In this document: piece after piece, positions 9,371-20,313 of the stretch
How positions within the stretch are numbered: position 1 is the first letter of the stretch
Layout: every line of letters begins with the position of its first letter
Assembly: GCA_965218095.1 (NCBI GenBank)
Contig: OZ244587.1
Location: 3,552,001 to 3,616,000 of the forward strand
Origin: Candidatus Poribacteria bacterium
GTDB taxonomy: Bacteria; Poribacteria; WGA-4E; PCPOR2b
Length of the DNA stretch: 64,000 nt
Direction: 5' to 3'
Position numbers and translations under genes: made by a program
Notes under the pieces: model-generated
What the model saw: the letters and a program-made list of their open reading frames with translations, nothing else
What the model was told of the DNA's origin: nothing
Databases searched by the model: none

Positions 9371-9446
9371 GCTTCGTTTCTCCTCAATTATTTCAAAGGT
9401 TGAATCAGAGTTAGACGCATCCAATCATGCCTAACTTTGAGCCATA

Positions 9447-9475
9447 ATTATAGTTCACATTAGAGAAAAAGTCAA
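9447..9475 (-). promoter_or_regulatory. sigma70-type promoter of the mgs operon
   Basis: TTGACT-N17-TATAAT on the minus strand, ~75 nt upstream of mgsA. Confidence 0.7.
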
Positions 9476-9778
9476 CAGCTTTACTTGTCTTGATTCACCT
9501 CCAGTTTTTCTCAAAGCCGCTGGGGTATCGTTAATCGCTATCTTTTTGCGTCGGCGCCAGATGGCAGCTCATCATCGCTGTCTGGTCCTGAGCCGATAAC
9601 AACACCGCCACGTTTAGCAGAAGCTGGGATTTGGTTCTCTTGTTTGAAAGTAGGGAAACTTTTTCGTTGCAGAATTGCTCGGACTCTGTTATGATACCCT
9701 CGGAGGGAGACCACAATGGGGGTAGGCAAGCCAAAGTCAAACTACCGGCTCAGACGTTAATTGGAAGGAGAAACTCTG

Positions 9779-11518
9779 ATGCCAAACAGCCATCGTCCCT
9801 CAGTACGAGGGAAACGTTATATTGTCTCATCACTTCATTATCTCGCAACGATGGCCGGTGTTCGCATCCTTGAAAGTGGGGGCAACGCCGCCGACGCTGG
9901 GGTCGCAACAGGAATTTGTATCAACGTGCTTCAACCTGGATTTGCCCATTTTGGAGGCGTCGCGCCGATTATTTACTGTCCGGCGTCGGGCAGCCCTGTT
10001 GAAACGATTAGTGGACTGGGACGCTGGCCCAGAGCCGCGACCATCGACTACTTTCACGAACATCACGGCGGTAATCTGCCCGCTGGGATTTTGCGAACAG
10101 TCACGCCAGCGGCGCCCGATGCGTGGCTGATGGCGTTGGCGCGATTCGGCACCATGACCTTTGAGCAGGCCATCCAGCCCGCCTTAGACCTCGTCGAAAA
10201 TGGTCATCCGGTGGATGCCCAATTTCACGCCTTTGTCAGTGGAGGGGATATAAAAACTTCGCGATCGACCGCCCAAGTGTTCAACCCGGGTGGACACATT
10301 CCACAGATTGGGGAAATCTTTGTCCAGAAAGATCTGGCGAACACCTTCAAACGGCTGATCGATGCCGGACGCAAGGCAGGCGGAGATCGACACGCAGGCA
10401 TCCAAGCCGCACGCGACCTCATCTATAAGGGTGAAATTGCCCACGAAATCGCCGATTTTTATCAGAAGGAGAATGGCTTACTCACCTGCGAAGACCTTGC
10501 GGCGTTTTCGGTTCGCGTCGAACCACCGGAGCGCATCGCCTACAAAGGCTATGACGTTTATACTTGTGGGCCTTGGTGTCAGGGACCAACACTGATCATG
10601 GTGCTAAAGATTCTCGAAGGCATTGATCTGAGGGGGATGGGGCATCACTCCGCAGACTATCTCCACACGATCATCGAGGGACTCAAATTGGCTTTTGCGG
10701 ATCGGGAAGCCTACTTCGGCGACCCCGACTTTGTGCAAGTACCGATGGCGGGATTGCTCGGTGAGAAATACGCTGCCGAAAGACGAGCGACAATCGACCC
10801 ACAGCACGCCGCCCCCGACATGCCGCTGCCAGGAAATCCGTGGCAATTCCATCCAGAGCCGCGTCGGGAAAATGGTCCCTTCCCGACCATGGATCCGAAT
10901 CGTCCGCAACCGGAACGCATCTCGCAATGGGAAAGCGATACCAGTTATCTCTGCGTGGTTGATGAACAGGGCAACGCATTTTCGGCGACGCCATCCGATG
11001 TGATTGGCTGGTCACCGGTCGTCCCAGGCTTAGGCTTTCCCATTTCAGCGCGTGGCACACAAACGTGGCTGGATAAAGCGCATCCATCCTGCCTTCAACC
11101 GTGGAAGCGTCCACGACTCACACCGAACCCGGCGATGGTCCTCAAAGATGGAAAGCCGTTTATGCCCTTTGGCTGTCCCGGCGGCGATGCCCAGGTTCAA
11201 GGGATGCTGCAAGTGTTCCTTAACATCATCGAATTCGGAATGGAACCACAACAGGCAATCGAGGCGCCCCGCGTTGTCAGTCACAGTTTTCCCAACTCGT
11301 TCTGGCCACACGGCTCTTTGCCTGGGGAGGTAACGGTTGAAGCCCGTGTTGACCCGCAGGTGCGAGAAGCCTTGAACGCTCGGGGACATATCGTCCAAGC
11401 TGATCAGGACTGGAGTTCTAGGGTCAGTCGGGTCTGCGCAATCACCGTCCATCCCGAAACTGGCGCCCGTGTGGGTGGCGCCGATCCCCGCTCTACGTCG
11501 TATGCAATCGGGTGGTAA
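9779..11518 (+). CDS. ggt: Gamma-glutamyltransferase family protein (copy 1)
   Basis: GGNAADAGVA, PWCQG, KLAFADR, DTSYLCVVD (Thr nucleophile), KRPRLTPNP, GCPGGDAQVQ, GGADPR; AAGGAG RBS before MPNSH. Confidence 0.9.
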   Translation: MPNSHRPSVRGKRYIVSSLHYLATMAGVRILESGGNAADAGVATGICINVLQPGFAHFGGVAPIIYCPASGSPVETISGLGRWPRAATIDYFHEHHGGNLPAGILRTVTPAAPDAWLMALARFGTMTFEQAIQPALDLVENGHPVDAQFHAFVSGGDIKTSRSTAQVFNPGGHIPQIGEIFVQKDLANTFKRLIDAGRKAGGDRHAGIQAARDLIYKGEIAHEIADFYQKENGLLTCEDLAAFSVRVEPPERIAYKGYDVYTCGPWCQGPTLIMVLKILEGIDLRGMGHHSADYLHTIIEGLKLAFADREAYFGDPDFVQVPMAGLLGEKYAAERRATIDPQHAAPDMPLPGNPWQFHPEPRRENGPFPTMDPNRPQPERISQWESDTSYLCVVDEQGNAFSATPSDVIGWSPVVPGLGFPISARGTQTWLDKAHPSCLQPWKRPRLTPNPAMVLKDGKPFMPFGCPGGDAQVQGMLQVFLNIIEFGMEPQQAIEAPRVVSHSFPNSFWPHGSLPGEVTVEARVDPQVREALNARGHIVQADQDWSSRVSRVCAITVHPETGARVGGADPRSTSYAIGW

Positions 11519-11598
11519 TACGGTTGCTTGCGGCTCCTCGGAAGCGAAGTGGTTCATTTCTTAAACTCAGCTCCCGTCAATACCAGCAAATCTGTGGA

Positions 11599-12531
11599 TT
11601 ATGTGAGTTGCATCCACTGGTCCCCTACCTCTTCAAAACGGTGGTGCAATGCCTTAACGGTCTCCGCGGGGATGGGTAGCTGTCGTTCCACCATTTCAAT
11701 GTTCGATAGAACGTGCGACGGGTTGTGAGTCCCCACGATGACCGTGTCAACCTCGGACTGGGCGAGCACGAACCCCATCGCCAGAAGGATGGGATCTTCG
11801 GGTGCCCCCGGGAGGGGCCCCATCTGCGCCATGATCTGCGCTCGCCTGAAGTATTCGTCCGCATACGGGTAAGGGCTGTGAGCTTTACCCCACACGCCAT
11901 TGGCGATAGGACGCTTGATAATGATTCCCATCCCCTTTGCCTCCGCCAACGTGAACAGTTCTTTGGTCCGTGCGTGCTGCTCCACCAGATTGAAGCTGGT
12001 TTGCAGTGTGTCGAAGAGTCCGGTGTTGACAGCCCAGCGCGCGGCCTCATTGTCTCCGCTGTAGCCGATAAAACGGGTCTTGCCGGCTTCCTGCGCCTTA
12101 ACCAGCGCTTCGATAACCTCGCCGCGTTCCAGTACATCCACGTCACAAGAGTGAAGCTGCACAAGGTCGAGGTGGTCTGTCTTCAGCCGCCGCAAGCTGC
12201 GGTTGATACCCCCGGAGACCGCCGGGGCCGTCCACGGCTTTTGGTCTGTCCATGGCAAGCCTCCAGCCTCCCCGTCGTCTGTGACATGGCCACACTTGGT
12301 CGCCAGGATATACTCCTCCCGTCGGTGTGCAACTGTATTTCCAATCAGTTCCTCGGTTGTGCCGTAGCAAGAAGCGGTATCAAGGAAATTGATTCCATTA
12401 TCAAGGGCAACGTTGAGGACCCGGTCCGCTTCCGCTACAACCTTGGATCTTTCTTGACGAGAAATCTCCGCAAGACCCAGACCGAGGCAAGTGATCTTTA
12501 GACCTGTTTTGCCGAAGTCGATCTTTTCCAT
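11599..12531 (-). CDS. Aldo/keto reductase
   Basis: FLDTASCYG, ILATKCG, SLRRLKTDHLDLVQLH, GKTRFIGYS. Confidence 0.9.
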   Translation of the reverse strand: MEKIDFGKTGLKITCLGLGLAEISRQERSKVVAEADRVLNVALDNGINFLDTASCYGTTEELIGNTVAHRREEYILATKCGHVTDDGEAGGLPWTDQKPWTAPAVSGGINRSLRRLKTDHLDLVQLHSCDVDVLERGEVIEALVKAQEAGKTRFIGYSGDNEAARWAVNTGLFDTLQTSFNLVEQHARTKELFTLAEAKGMGIIIKRPIANGVWGKAHSPYPYADEYFRRAQIMAQMGPLPGAPEDPILLAMGFVLAQSEVDTVIVGTHNPSHVLSNIEMVERQLPIPAETVKALHHRFEEVGDQWMQLT

Positions 12532-12587
12532 AGCTTATATCTCCTCCTGGTTTTTGACGACTCAACTGGGTAACAGTAGGGACGAAC

Positions 12588-13175
12588 CTATTCAGAATTA
12601 CCCATATTAAACTTTCTGCCTCCAAATCTCAACAAACAGTAAAGCGCCAAAAAATCGTACACTGCGTGGGTAACGATTGGCGTCAACAGATTGTCGCTGA
12701 CCTGCCACAACCAACCAAGGTAGACGCCCATCAGACCTGCCGCTAACGCATACGTCGGGGTGATGAAATGAACCAGTCCAAACAATGCGCCGGCTGCGAT
12801 AAGCCCAGTCTCTGGGCTCAACCAGCGGCTAATGGCGCCCTGGAGGACGCCCCGAAAAAGCATCTCCTCCCCCACTCCCGCTAGGATTGCGATGACGCCG
12901 AGCTCAGCAAGCGTGCACTTGGCAAATAGCGGACGAACAACCTCCAGAAGCAACCGGTGTGTATGAACGAGGGGGCCGACGGGCCAACGAAAGAGAGCTA
13001 AGAACATCCCTAGCATGGGTACGCTGGCGATGATTCCCACGATGACATCTGACCCATCCCACCGAAGGGACGCCAACGCCGGTTGGCTCAAAACCCACCC
13101 TAACGCCCATGCGAGCCCCGCCAACCCGCCCTCGAAAAGCACTACCAGCAGAACGATTTGACGGCTTCGCTGCAC
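12588..13175 (-). CDS. CPBP (CAAX/Abi) intramembrane metalloprotease
   Basis: GEEMLFRG, FGLVH, HAVYD motifs; multiple TM segments. Confidence 0.9.
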   Translation of the reverse strand: MQRSRQIVLLVVLFEGGLAGLAWALGWVLSQPALASLRWDGSDVIVGIIASVPMLGMFLALFRWPVGPLVHTHRLLLEVVRPLFAKCTLAELGVIAILAGVGEEMLFRGVLQGAISRWLSPETGLIAAGALFGLVHFITPTYALAAGLMGVYLGWLWQVSDNLLTPIVTHAVYDFLALYCLLRFGGRKFNMGNSE

Positions 13176-13198
13176 TTCTGTTCACCCTCCAAAATTGA

Positions 13199-14368
13199 TT
13201 ACGGCGGCGACGTCGGTAGAATCGAAAAATACTCGATGTCATCCTCCTGCTCGTGCACCGCCGCTCGGACAAACTCCAAGTCTGCATTCATCTCCGCTTT
13301 AGCGAACACCTTCCGAATCTTCGTGATAAACTGCCCCTTCTCTATGTGTTCCAAAAGCAGTTTGAGTTTCTCCACATCTGCTTTGGGCGCATCTCGGTTG
13401 TAAGCCTTCTTTCCGTCCAGCACAGCGATGTCCTTTTTGGTGATTCGCTTTGCCCATTCTGCCCATTCCAGCGTCGCTGGCTCAAGCCCTTCCTGCCGCA
13501 TTTGAGTTGCCTGCCGGGCGAACTGCTGTGTAAACGGCTGAACATGCTGCTGCCAGTCTTTCTCTTGTTGCGTCAGCTTCTCCGGTATGGCAAAGTTCAT
13601 CGCATTGCTCCACATCGGCGTCCAAGTGAATTGATAGGAGAACGCGCCGAGCAGATCCATCTTGTGAAGCGCCTGCACATAAAAGAGCGCCTCCGTCCGG
13701 TCTCTCACAGAGATCTGCGTAATCTTCAGCGGATAGATCAGTTTCTCTGAGGAGAAGGTAAAGCGCGTTGGCGTTATCTCTCCCTGATATGTGCCGTCGG
13801 GCTTCTGCTTCATCTGCTCGGGATCGATCTTCATGACCGTGAAGAACCACCCCTTTCGGATATAGAAATCGAGCGTCGCCTCGTCGCCGGCATAGCTATA
13901 ATTATTCTCTTTAAGCTAGGTGTACAGGTCATCCGCCCGGTCAGCGACGATGATCTTGTAGTCCAGCGAGCCGACAATCCCCGCTTCCAGGACCCGGACG
14001 CTCGATTCGACCATCATCACCCTGGCGGATTGCATCACTCGGAAGCGTTTGTACTTGCTCAAATCCATCGGCTCCAGGATGGTGAAGACCGCCAACTCCT
14101 TGAAAAACTCACGCGGCATCTCAGCCAGCTTGGGTTGACTCGGGGTGGGAACCACCATGCCGAAATCGGCGGCGTTGCCTTCAAACTTGGGCTGGACCGT
14201 AAACGACTCAACCTTTTTCACCGCATCCCAGGTGATAAAGGCTTTCTGAGCAGGCTGGAGGATGTCTTTGTCCTTCGCAGCGAAATAGCAGCAGGCCGAT
14301 TTGGCTGCGGTTGGCTCCATCACAATCAGCGACAAGACGGTCAGTGTGAGCATTTTAGGCTTCCACAT
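13199..14368 (-). pseudogene. DUF2330-domain secreted protein with one premature TAG (13916-13918)
   Basis: The two track ORFs are in the same frame: ...DDLYT*LKENNYSYAGDEATLDFYIRKGWFFTVMKID...; QPKFEGNAADFGMVVPTPSQP motif and a signal peptide. Confidence 0.75.
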
Positions 14369-14425
14369 AGTTCTTTCCTCCTAATCAAGTTTTGTTCAGT
14401 TACGAACCGGGCGCCTAACCCTAAC

Positions 14426-15448
14426 CTATTCCTTCTTTACCCCCGCAAGGTCTGCGACAACCCACTTGAGACCGGCGACCACCCGTGCTAGGCGGTCATA
14501 CACGATTTTGGACGGGGTATCGGCTGCCGTGTGGTAGTAGGGGTATCGGAAAGGGGCAGTGTCCGTCACCATCACGCCGGGATAGCCTGCTTGCCAAAAC
14601 GCCCACTGGTCCGACCAGTCGATGCCTGGCACTCCCTCGAAGGTTGCTACCCCTTCGGATGGAAACTTGGCATGGCGGCGGAATGAGGCGATCACGGAAT
14701 GAACCAGTTTACGTGATGCAGTGTTTCCCACGAAGGCGATGAAGTTCCCCTTCGTGGGGTAGAAGAGACCAAACGGATACGGGTAATCTTGGCTCTGCTC
14801 TTCGTCCGAATAGTAACCGATGGTCTCAAGGTTCAACATAGCGACCACCTTCTCGTTCCGATCGCGACAGCGTTCCGCATAGACCACACTTCCCATTTGT
14901 GGTGTTTGAAAGTATGGCGACTCCTCGTTGACGAAAAGAACGAAGCGTAGGGTTCTTTCAGGTTTTTCTCCCGCGAAGGCGCGGGCGAGCGTCAAAACAG
15001 CGGCAGTGCCGGTCCCATTATCGTTTGCACCGGCGCTCCCCGCCACCGAATCGTAGTGTCCTCCGACGACCACGATCTCATCAGCTTGGTCGGCTCCCAC
15101 AATCTCGACTTCGATGTTGTAGCAAGTCTTCCCCTCCACCTCGTACCCCTGTCTCAGTACCTCATATCCAGCCGCGGCAAGCGATGTCTCAAGGAAATCT
15201 ACAGCCTCGGCGAGGCTCTGATACCGGGTAGTAACGTTACGCTCACCAATTTCACCGGCGAGTTTTTCCACATCCTGCCGAAGTGCGTCTTGGAGCGTGG
15301 ACTCATAGTCGGTGAGCGGCGGCAGTGGACCGCGATAACTTTCTCCCGGCATTCTGATCATGGTCAACCACCCCCCCACAAAAAGCACGGTGAGGATAAT
15401 ACCGAAGACGGTAAGTCTCACGAATCTGGCGCGGGTTGCCAGTTGCAT
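14426..15448 (-). CDS. M28 family metallopeptidase
   Basis: GGHYDS, GANDNGTG, FVNEE, LNLETIG, WSDQWAF, YHTAAD; N-terminal TM anchor. Confidence 0.9.
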   Translation of the reverse strand: MQLATRARFVRLTVFGIILTVLFVGGWLTMIRMPGESYRGPLPPLTDYESTLQDALRQDVEKLAGEIGERNVTTRYQSLAEAVDFLETSLAAAGYEVLRQGYEVEGKTCYNIEVEIVGADQADEIVVVGGHYDSVAGSAGANDNGTGTAAVLTLARAFAGEKPERTLRFVLFVNEESPYFQTPQMGSVVYAERCRDRNEKVVAMLNLETIGYYSDEEQSQDYPYPFGLFYPTKGNFIAFVGNTASRKLVHSVIASFRRHAKFPSEGVATFEGVPGIDWSDQWAFWQAGYPGVMVTDTAPFRYPYYHTAADTPSKIVYDRLARVVAGLKWVVADLAGVKKE

Positions 15449-15469
15449 CTCTGCCCTCCAATTTTGTCT

Positions 15470-15630
15470 TTATTGGTGGTTTCAACGTTTACCAGATGCC
15501 ATCCCCGATGTCCCCCATGGACGCCGAGGAAGACCACATCTCCCTCCGCAAACGTTTCGACCCGATTCCCCACCGCTTCAACAACGCCGACGTGCTGATA
15601 CCCGGCACGACAAGGATAATTTGTTGTGTA
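15470..15630 (-). pseudogene. Fragment of a zinc-binding/MDR dehydrogenase (GroES-like domain); boundaries approximate
   Basis: YPCRAGYQHVGVVEAVGNRVETFAEGDVVF...HRGWH. Confidence 0.55.
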
Positions 15631-15831
15631 GTTTAGCAGAATTATCAAATCTCGTCAAGCGCAAAACACCATGAGTAGAAATTTCCCGACGCACCGTTTT
15701 TGATCTCGCTTTTTTGAAAATCGTGCTATAATCTTGGGGACTTCGATTTTGACCATTACAGTTTTTCAAAGACTTGTTACCCTGACTTTGTTAGATTAAA
15801 AGAGCGCATCGGCTGATCCACTGCTGGCTCG

Positions 15832-15968
15832 CCCCCCTCAATCCCCCAACTTTGGGGGGAAGGGGAGAATTGCACAAACTCCCGAAGTTCCGGTGCTCCG
15901 CACCGAGAATCCACGATGCGAAACATCGGGACCTGCCCCGATCCATCAGGGAATTGGGGGCCGGGGGA
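15832..15968. repeat. REP-like GC-rich palindromic element
   Basis: CCCCCCTCAATCCCCCAACTTTGGGGGGAAGGGG ... AATTGGGGGCCGGGGG inverted ends. Confidence 0.5.
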
Positions 15969-16016
15969 CAAATGTAACAAAGTCAAGTTACAAGATCCCA
16001 AATTCAGGAGAGGAAA

Positions 16017-17021
16017 ATGGAAAAAATACGGATGGCCCAGTATGGGACGAAACATGGACACGCCAGAGGCAAATTGCAGGCAATGCAGGTGAATGGCGAT
16101 GTTGAAATCGCAGGCATCTTTGAACCAGACCCTGAACAGCGTGCGGCGCTTCAAGCGTCGGAAAGCGCTTTTGCCGGCGTTCACTGGTTTTCCGACGAGC
16201 GTGAGATGTTAGAGGATGAAAGCATTACAGCGATTGCCTCTGAAGGCCTCAACGCCGAGAGCCTTGACCAAACTGAGGAGATCGTCGCCGCTGGCAAGCA
16301 CGTCTGGTATGACAAGCCGGCTGGCGATAATTGGGCGCAATGGCAGCAAGTGGTCGCCATGGCGGAAGACAAGGGGCTGCTCATTCAGATGGGGTATATG
16401 CTACGCTATCATTCAGCTTTTAAGCAGATCGCTGACTGGGTGAAGTCGGGTTTTTTGGGCGAGGTGTTTTCAGTGCGCGCCCACATGTCAACGTCTATCC
16501 CTGAAAATTCCCGTGCTCAAATCAGTGCTTTGCATACAGGCGGCATTTTTTTCGATTTGGGCGGCCACATGCTGGACCAGGTGGTCTGGCTCTTGGGACG
16601 CCCGGTGAAAGTAACGGCGTTCTTGCGCAACGACGGTGGTGGGGCGCCGGAGTTTCAGGATAATACCCTGGGCGTCTTCGAGTTTGAGAACGCCATTGCC
16701 TTTATCGACATTGCCGCAATGGAGCCCCCCCCGGCGGCGCGCCGCTTTGAAGTGTATGGTAGTCAGGGGAGCGCTATCATCGTCGAACCTTTTGAACCCG
16801 GCGAGCAAATCCGGCTGTGTCTGACGGAAGCGCGAGATGGCTGTCAGGAGGGAGAGCAGTTTGTGGGGACAAATGGCGAGAGCCGTCAAAGAGCCTACGA
16901 ACTGGAATTGGAAGCCTTTTTGGCGACTATTGAGGGCAAACAACCACCGGATCGGCCGATGTCGCATGAACTGCTGGTGCAGGAGACCTTGCTCCGGACG
17001 ACCGGGGTGCTTGATGCTTGA
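16017..17021 (+). CDS. Gfo/Idh/MocA family oxidoreductase
   Basis: AGKHVWYDKP, QMGYMLRY, GGIFFDLGGHMLD, FEVYGSQG. Confidence 0.9.
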   Translation: MEKIRMAQYGTKHGHARGKLQAMQVNGDVEIAGIFEPDPEQRAALQASESAFAGVHWFSDEREMLEDESITAIASEGLNAESLDQTEEIVAAGKHVWYDKPAGDNWAQWQQVVAMAEDKGLLIQMGYMLRYHSAFKQIADWVKSGFLGEVFSVRAHMSTSIPENSRAQISALHTGGIFFDLGGHMLDQVVWLLGRPVKVTAFLRNDGGGAPEFQDNTLGVFEFENAIAFIDIAAMEPPPAARRFEVYGSQGSAIIVEPFEPGEQIRLCLTEARDGCQEGEQFVGTNGESRQRAYELELEAFLATIEGKQPPDRPMSHELLVQETLLRTTGVLDA

Positions 17022-17324
17022 CAGAGCAGGACTTACGCAATTGAATCGGCGGATGATCCCCCAACCTCCTGTGCATCTTGTATCGGATTCAGAGCCTGCC
17101 CCGATCCATAAGTCCATGTAGCCGAACCCGTGAGAGTTCGGGTGTATGACCCTCTCCTCGAATTCTCACGACTTCGGCTACGGGAAGATGAAAATCAGGT
17201 ATTTTCCGCCTCCAACCGAGCGAAGTGGTGCGTTTCACAAGTCCGTATAGGGCTGAAATGATGAGTTCATTTATGTTTTTCATTGGAACACTCCTATAAC
17301 GCGACGAATTTCTGCGGGGAATTA

Positions 17325-18143
17325 GGTTCTGTTGACATTTCAAGGGAGCCATATAAGAGTGGAGACAAAGCTGAGAAATCCAAAATAACGGATAGATAAC
17401 TTCTCGAACCGAGAGAAGATGCGGCGATACCATTTTATCTTGTTAATGAAACATTCAACCCGATGTCTCTCTTTGTACAGATGTTTGTCGTAATCTCTTT
17501 GATCCACACGATGACTTTTTGGCGGTATCACCGCAATCGCTCCATTCGCCTCAATAACGGCAATAAAATTGTCGGAGTCATATCCCTTGTCTCCAATCAC
17601 ATACTCGCTTTTATATCCAAGTATCAACCCTTCTGCTTCCGCTATGTCGTTTCTTTGACCGGGTGTCAGATATATTCTTAGTGGATTACCCAGGCCGTCA
17701 ACTGTGATGTGAATTTTTGTACTGAATCCCCCGCGAGAGCAGCCTAACGCTTGGTTTTCAGTGCCACCCTTTTTTTTCGGCACCCGCCGCAGACGGGTGC
17801 GCTCGAATGATTGTACTGTCCACAATAAGCGACTCGATATCGGGGTCGGCGGCGAAGTGGTGGTGGATCTGTGTGAAGACCCCTTTGTCGCACCACCGAG
17901 CAAACCGCTTATAGAGGGTGTTCGATTTACCATAGGTGTCTGGCAGAAGTCTCCATTGAGCACCGCTACGGGTCGCCCAGAGAACAGTTTCGATAAAGCG
18001 GCGTGTTGTCGCTTCGTTGCCAACATAGATGGTGGGACAAGTTAGAAGAAACGAGTATATCTTTTTCCATTGGTCATCGGGTAAGGTTATTGGCATCATT
18101 CTTCTATTATGCCACAACCTTATACTCAAATGTCAACAGAACC
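17325..18143 (-). mobile_element. IS5-family insertion sequence (IS427-like), apparently intact
   Basis: Perfect 16-bp TIR GGTTCTGTTGACATTT / AAATGTCAACAGAACC with TA on both sides. Transposase in two frames (17758-18129 and 17340-18026) joined at an A8G slippery run (~17770); motifs RSGAQWRLLP, SRGGFSTKIH, GDKGYDSD, YKERHRVEC. Confidence 0.92.
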
Positions 18144-18628
18144 TAGCAGGCAATATCCGGGGCTGGAGATTCTGGCAGGTTGATGAACGAATCTATTGGT
18201 TATATCGTCCGATTGGAAAGCATATAGTTGGCACAGAATTAGAGTCACGACATGCCAAAGTTTCTTCTATTTGGATGCTCAAACCCGCTAAGCGAATGGA
18301 TTCGCATCCATCCCCATTTCCTATTGAATTGACTGTACGCGCGATTTACTCTATACCCGGTGACTCGAAAAAGATTATACTCGATCCATTTTGTGGTACG
18401 GGAACAACTCTAGTCGCAGCAAAAATTCTCGGTCATAGCTTTATCGGAATAGATATCTCACCCACCTATGTAGAACATACTAAGAACAGGCTTGAAAACT
18501 GGGAGAATGAAAAATCAGAGGTAGAGAAAGAAAAGAAGAAACACGTCGTCAGAGATCCTTTCAAGGAACGCAAAAAAAGAGGGACGGTTACGTGGCCCTT
18601 TGCACCCAACAATAATTCCTCTAAATGA
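18144..18628 (+). pseudogene. 5'-truncated N4/N6 DNA methyltransferase (beta class, SAM-binding half)
   Basis: HPSPFPIEL, ILDPFCGTGTTLVAA, FIGIDIS; the catalytic SPPY/DPPY half is absent and the remnant begins at the IS5 end. Confidence 0.82.
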
Positions 18629-18838
18629 AGCTTAGATCGTTGACAATCGAACCGAAATTTGCTTTAGCCCACTTTTCAGTTGGTCAATAATCAATTCCAA
18701 ACTCTGAATTCAACAGTTCTCATATTACCCACAATTGAATAACAAATCATTTCCTTGCTGAGTCTACATCAATCCCCGATATTGAGTATTCGGCGAAAAC
18801 TACTATCCTGAATCAGTTTGTTAAAAAAGAGGTCAGAC

Positions 18839-19330
18839 ATGAGTCATACATTCTCCGCCGGGCGTCGTTTCCGCGATGCACTGGCGATAGAAACCCCCTT
18901 GCAAGTCGTCGGAACGATTAACGCCTACTCAGCGTTGATGGCAGAGTGCGTGGGGTTCCGGTCAATCTATCTTTCGGGAGGGGGTGTGGCGAATGCTTCC
19001 TACGGCCTTCCAGATATAGGGATGACCACCTTGAACGATGTTCTGGAAGATGTGCACCGCATCACCGGCACAACGGAACTTCCGCTTCTCGTTGACGCCG
19101 ATACCGGTTGGGGAAATACGTTTATGATCGCCAAAACCATCCACCAGACGATCCGGGCGGGTGCCGCCGGGGTACATATCGAAGATCAGGTACAGGCAAA
19201 GCGTTGTGGTTACCGCCCAAACAAGGAAATTGTGAGTGCGGCGGAGATGGTCGATCGGATGAAAGCCGCCGCCGATGCCAAAACAGACCCGGACTTCGTC
19301 CTGATGGCACGGACAAATGCCGTCGCTGGC
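18839..19330 (+). pseudogene. prpB: 2-methylisocitrate lyase, C-terminally truncated
   Basis: [50 protein letters not shown]; similarity ends at about 160 aa. Confidence 0.85.
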
Positions 19331-20156
19331 AGGCTTAAACCATGTGCGTACACGGTTGCACCCCATCCCTCAAGGCAGACGGGTTGGTGGCAGTCCTGAG
19401 CACATCCAGACAATCGCTCGCGATGAACTACAGCAGTTTTGGGAGGATTACTACAAGCCGAACAACGCGATTCTTGCCATTGCAGGCCGGTTTGACCTTG
19501 CCGAAGCGCGGAAATTGATTCACCAAAATTTCAGTCAAATTCCGCCCGGCACGTCGCCACCCACAAAGCCACCCACAAAGCCACCCAAGTCTGAAGCGAA
19601 GACCGGCACGACCCAGCGTGTCAATGTAAAGCCTGTGATGCACAATGCGACCGGCGTCGCGGCGATCGGATATGCTGCCCCACTGCCCGGGAGCAAGGAG
19701 TACACGCCGTTTCTGATAGTCGTCTCGCGTTTGTGGGCACACACACAAAATCTCTTTCAGCCGGGCAAAGTTCTGCCTGTGTACTACCTGCCGCTGGACG
19801 ATCCGGCGACAATTGTACTCCAGACCGATCTGCTAGCTAACGCAGACACCGAGTCTGCGCTGGACCAACTCAACCAACCCCTGCATGCGGCATTGACACG
19901 GAAACTCACACCGCAGGATAGACAGCGAACGCTCGACTTAATGACAATGTTGTTAGGCACTGTACCGGATGCCATGTGGATGCAAAATTTGTACGGTTTA
20001 GCTTTCAGCACTGGCCGTCGGCATCAACTGAAGCTCGATGGTAATGAGTTGCGTGCTGCTATCCAGCGCGTCACCGATGCAGACATGCAGCATTTGGCGA
20101 CGAGTATATTCGCTTCAGAAAAACGCAGCACCGTCATTGTTGAGTTGGAAAAGTAG
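19317..20156 (+). pseudogene. M16 peptidase (insulinase) family C-terminal portion, lacking the N-terminus
   Basis: [51 protein letters not shown]; no HXXEH region. Confidence 0.7.
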
Positions 20157-20313
20157 AGTCATGTCAGGCGAGTTTTGACATCCAATTCCTGCTCGGCTCG
20201 AATTGCCAAATCCAGACCAAGCGGGTAGCAGTCGGCTTTCAGTTTCCAGAATCCAAAGTGCGTAAGTCCTAAAAATCTTAATTTTTCCTGATGCTGACTT
20301 TACGTTTCGCGTT

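Noticed and set aside
9675-9760. Glycine riboswitch-like words (GGAGACC, CTCAG) upstream of ggt
   Set aside because: No CCGAAG core or pairable P1 stem found by eye.
11713-12501. Long antisense ORFs (also 55472-56353, 25686-26315 and others)
   Set aside because: Shadows of well-supported genes on the opposite strand in GC-rich DNA; no motifs.
18029-18143. N-terminus of the 199-aa methyltransferase ORF
   Set aside because: This part is IS5 sequence read through the TIR, not methyltransferase.
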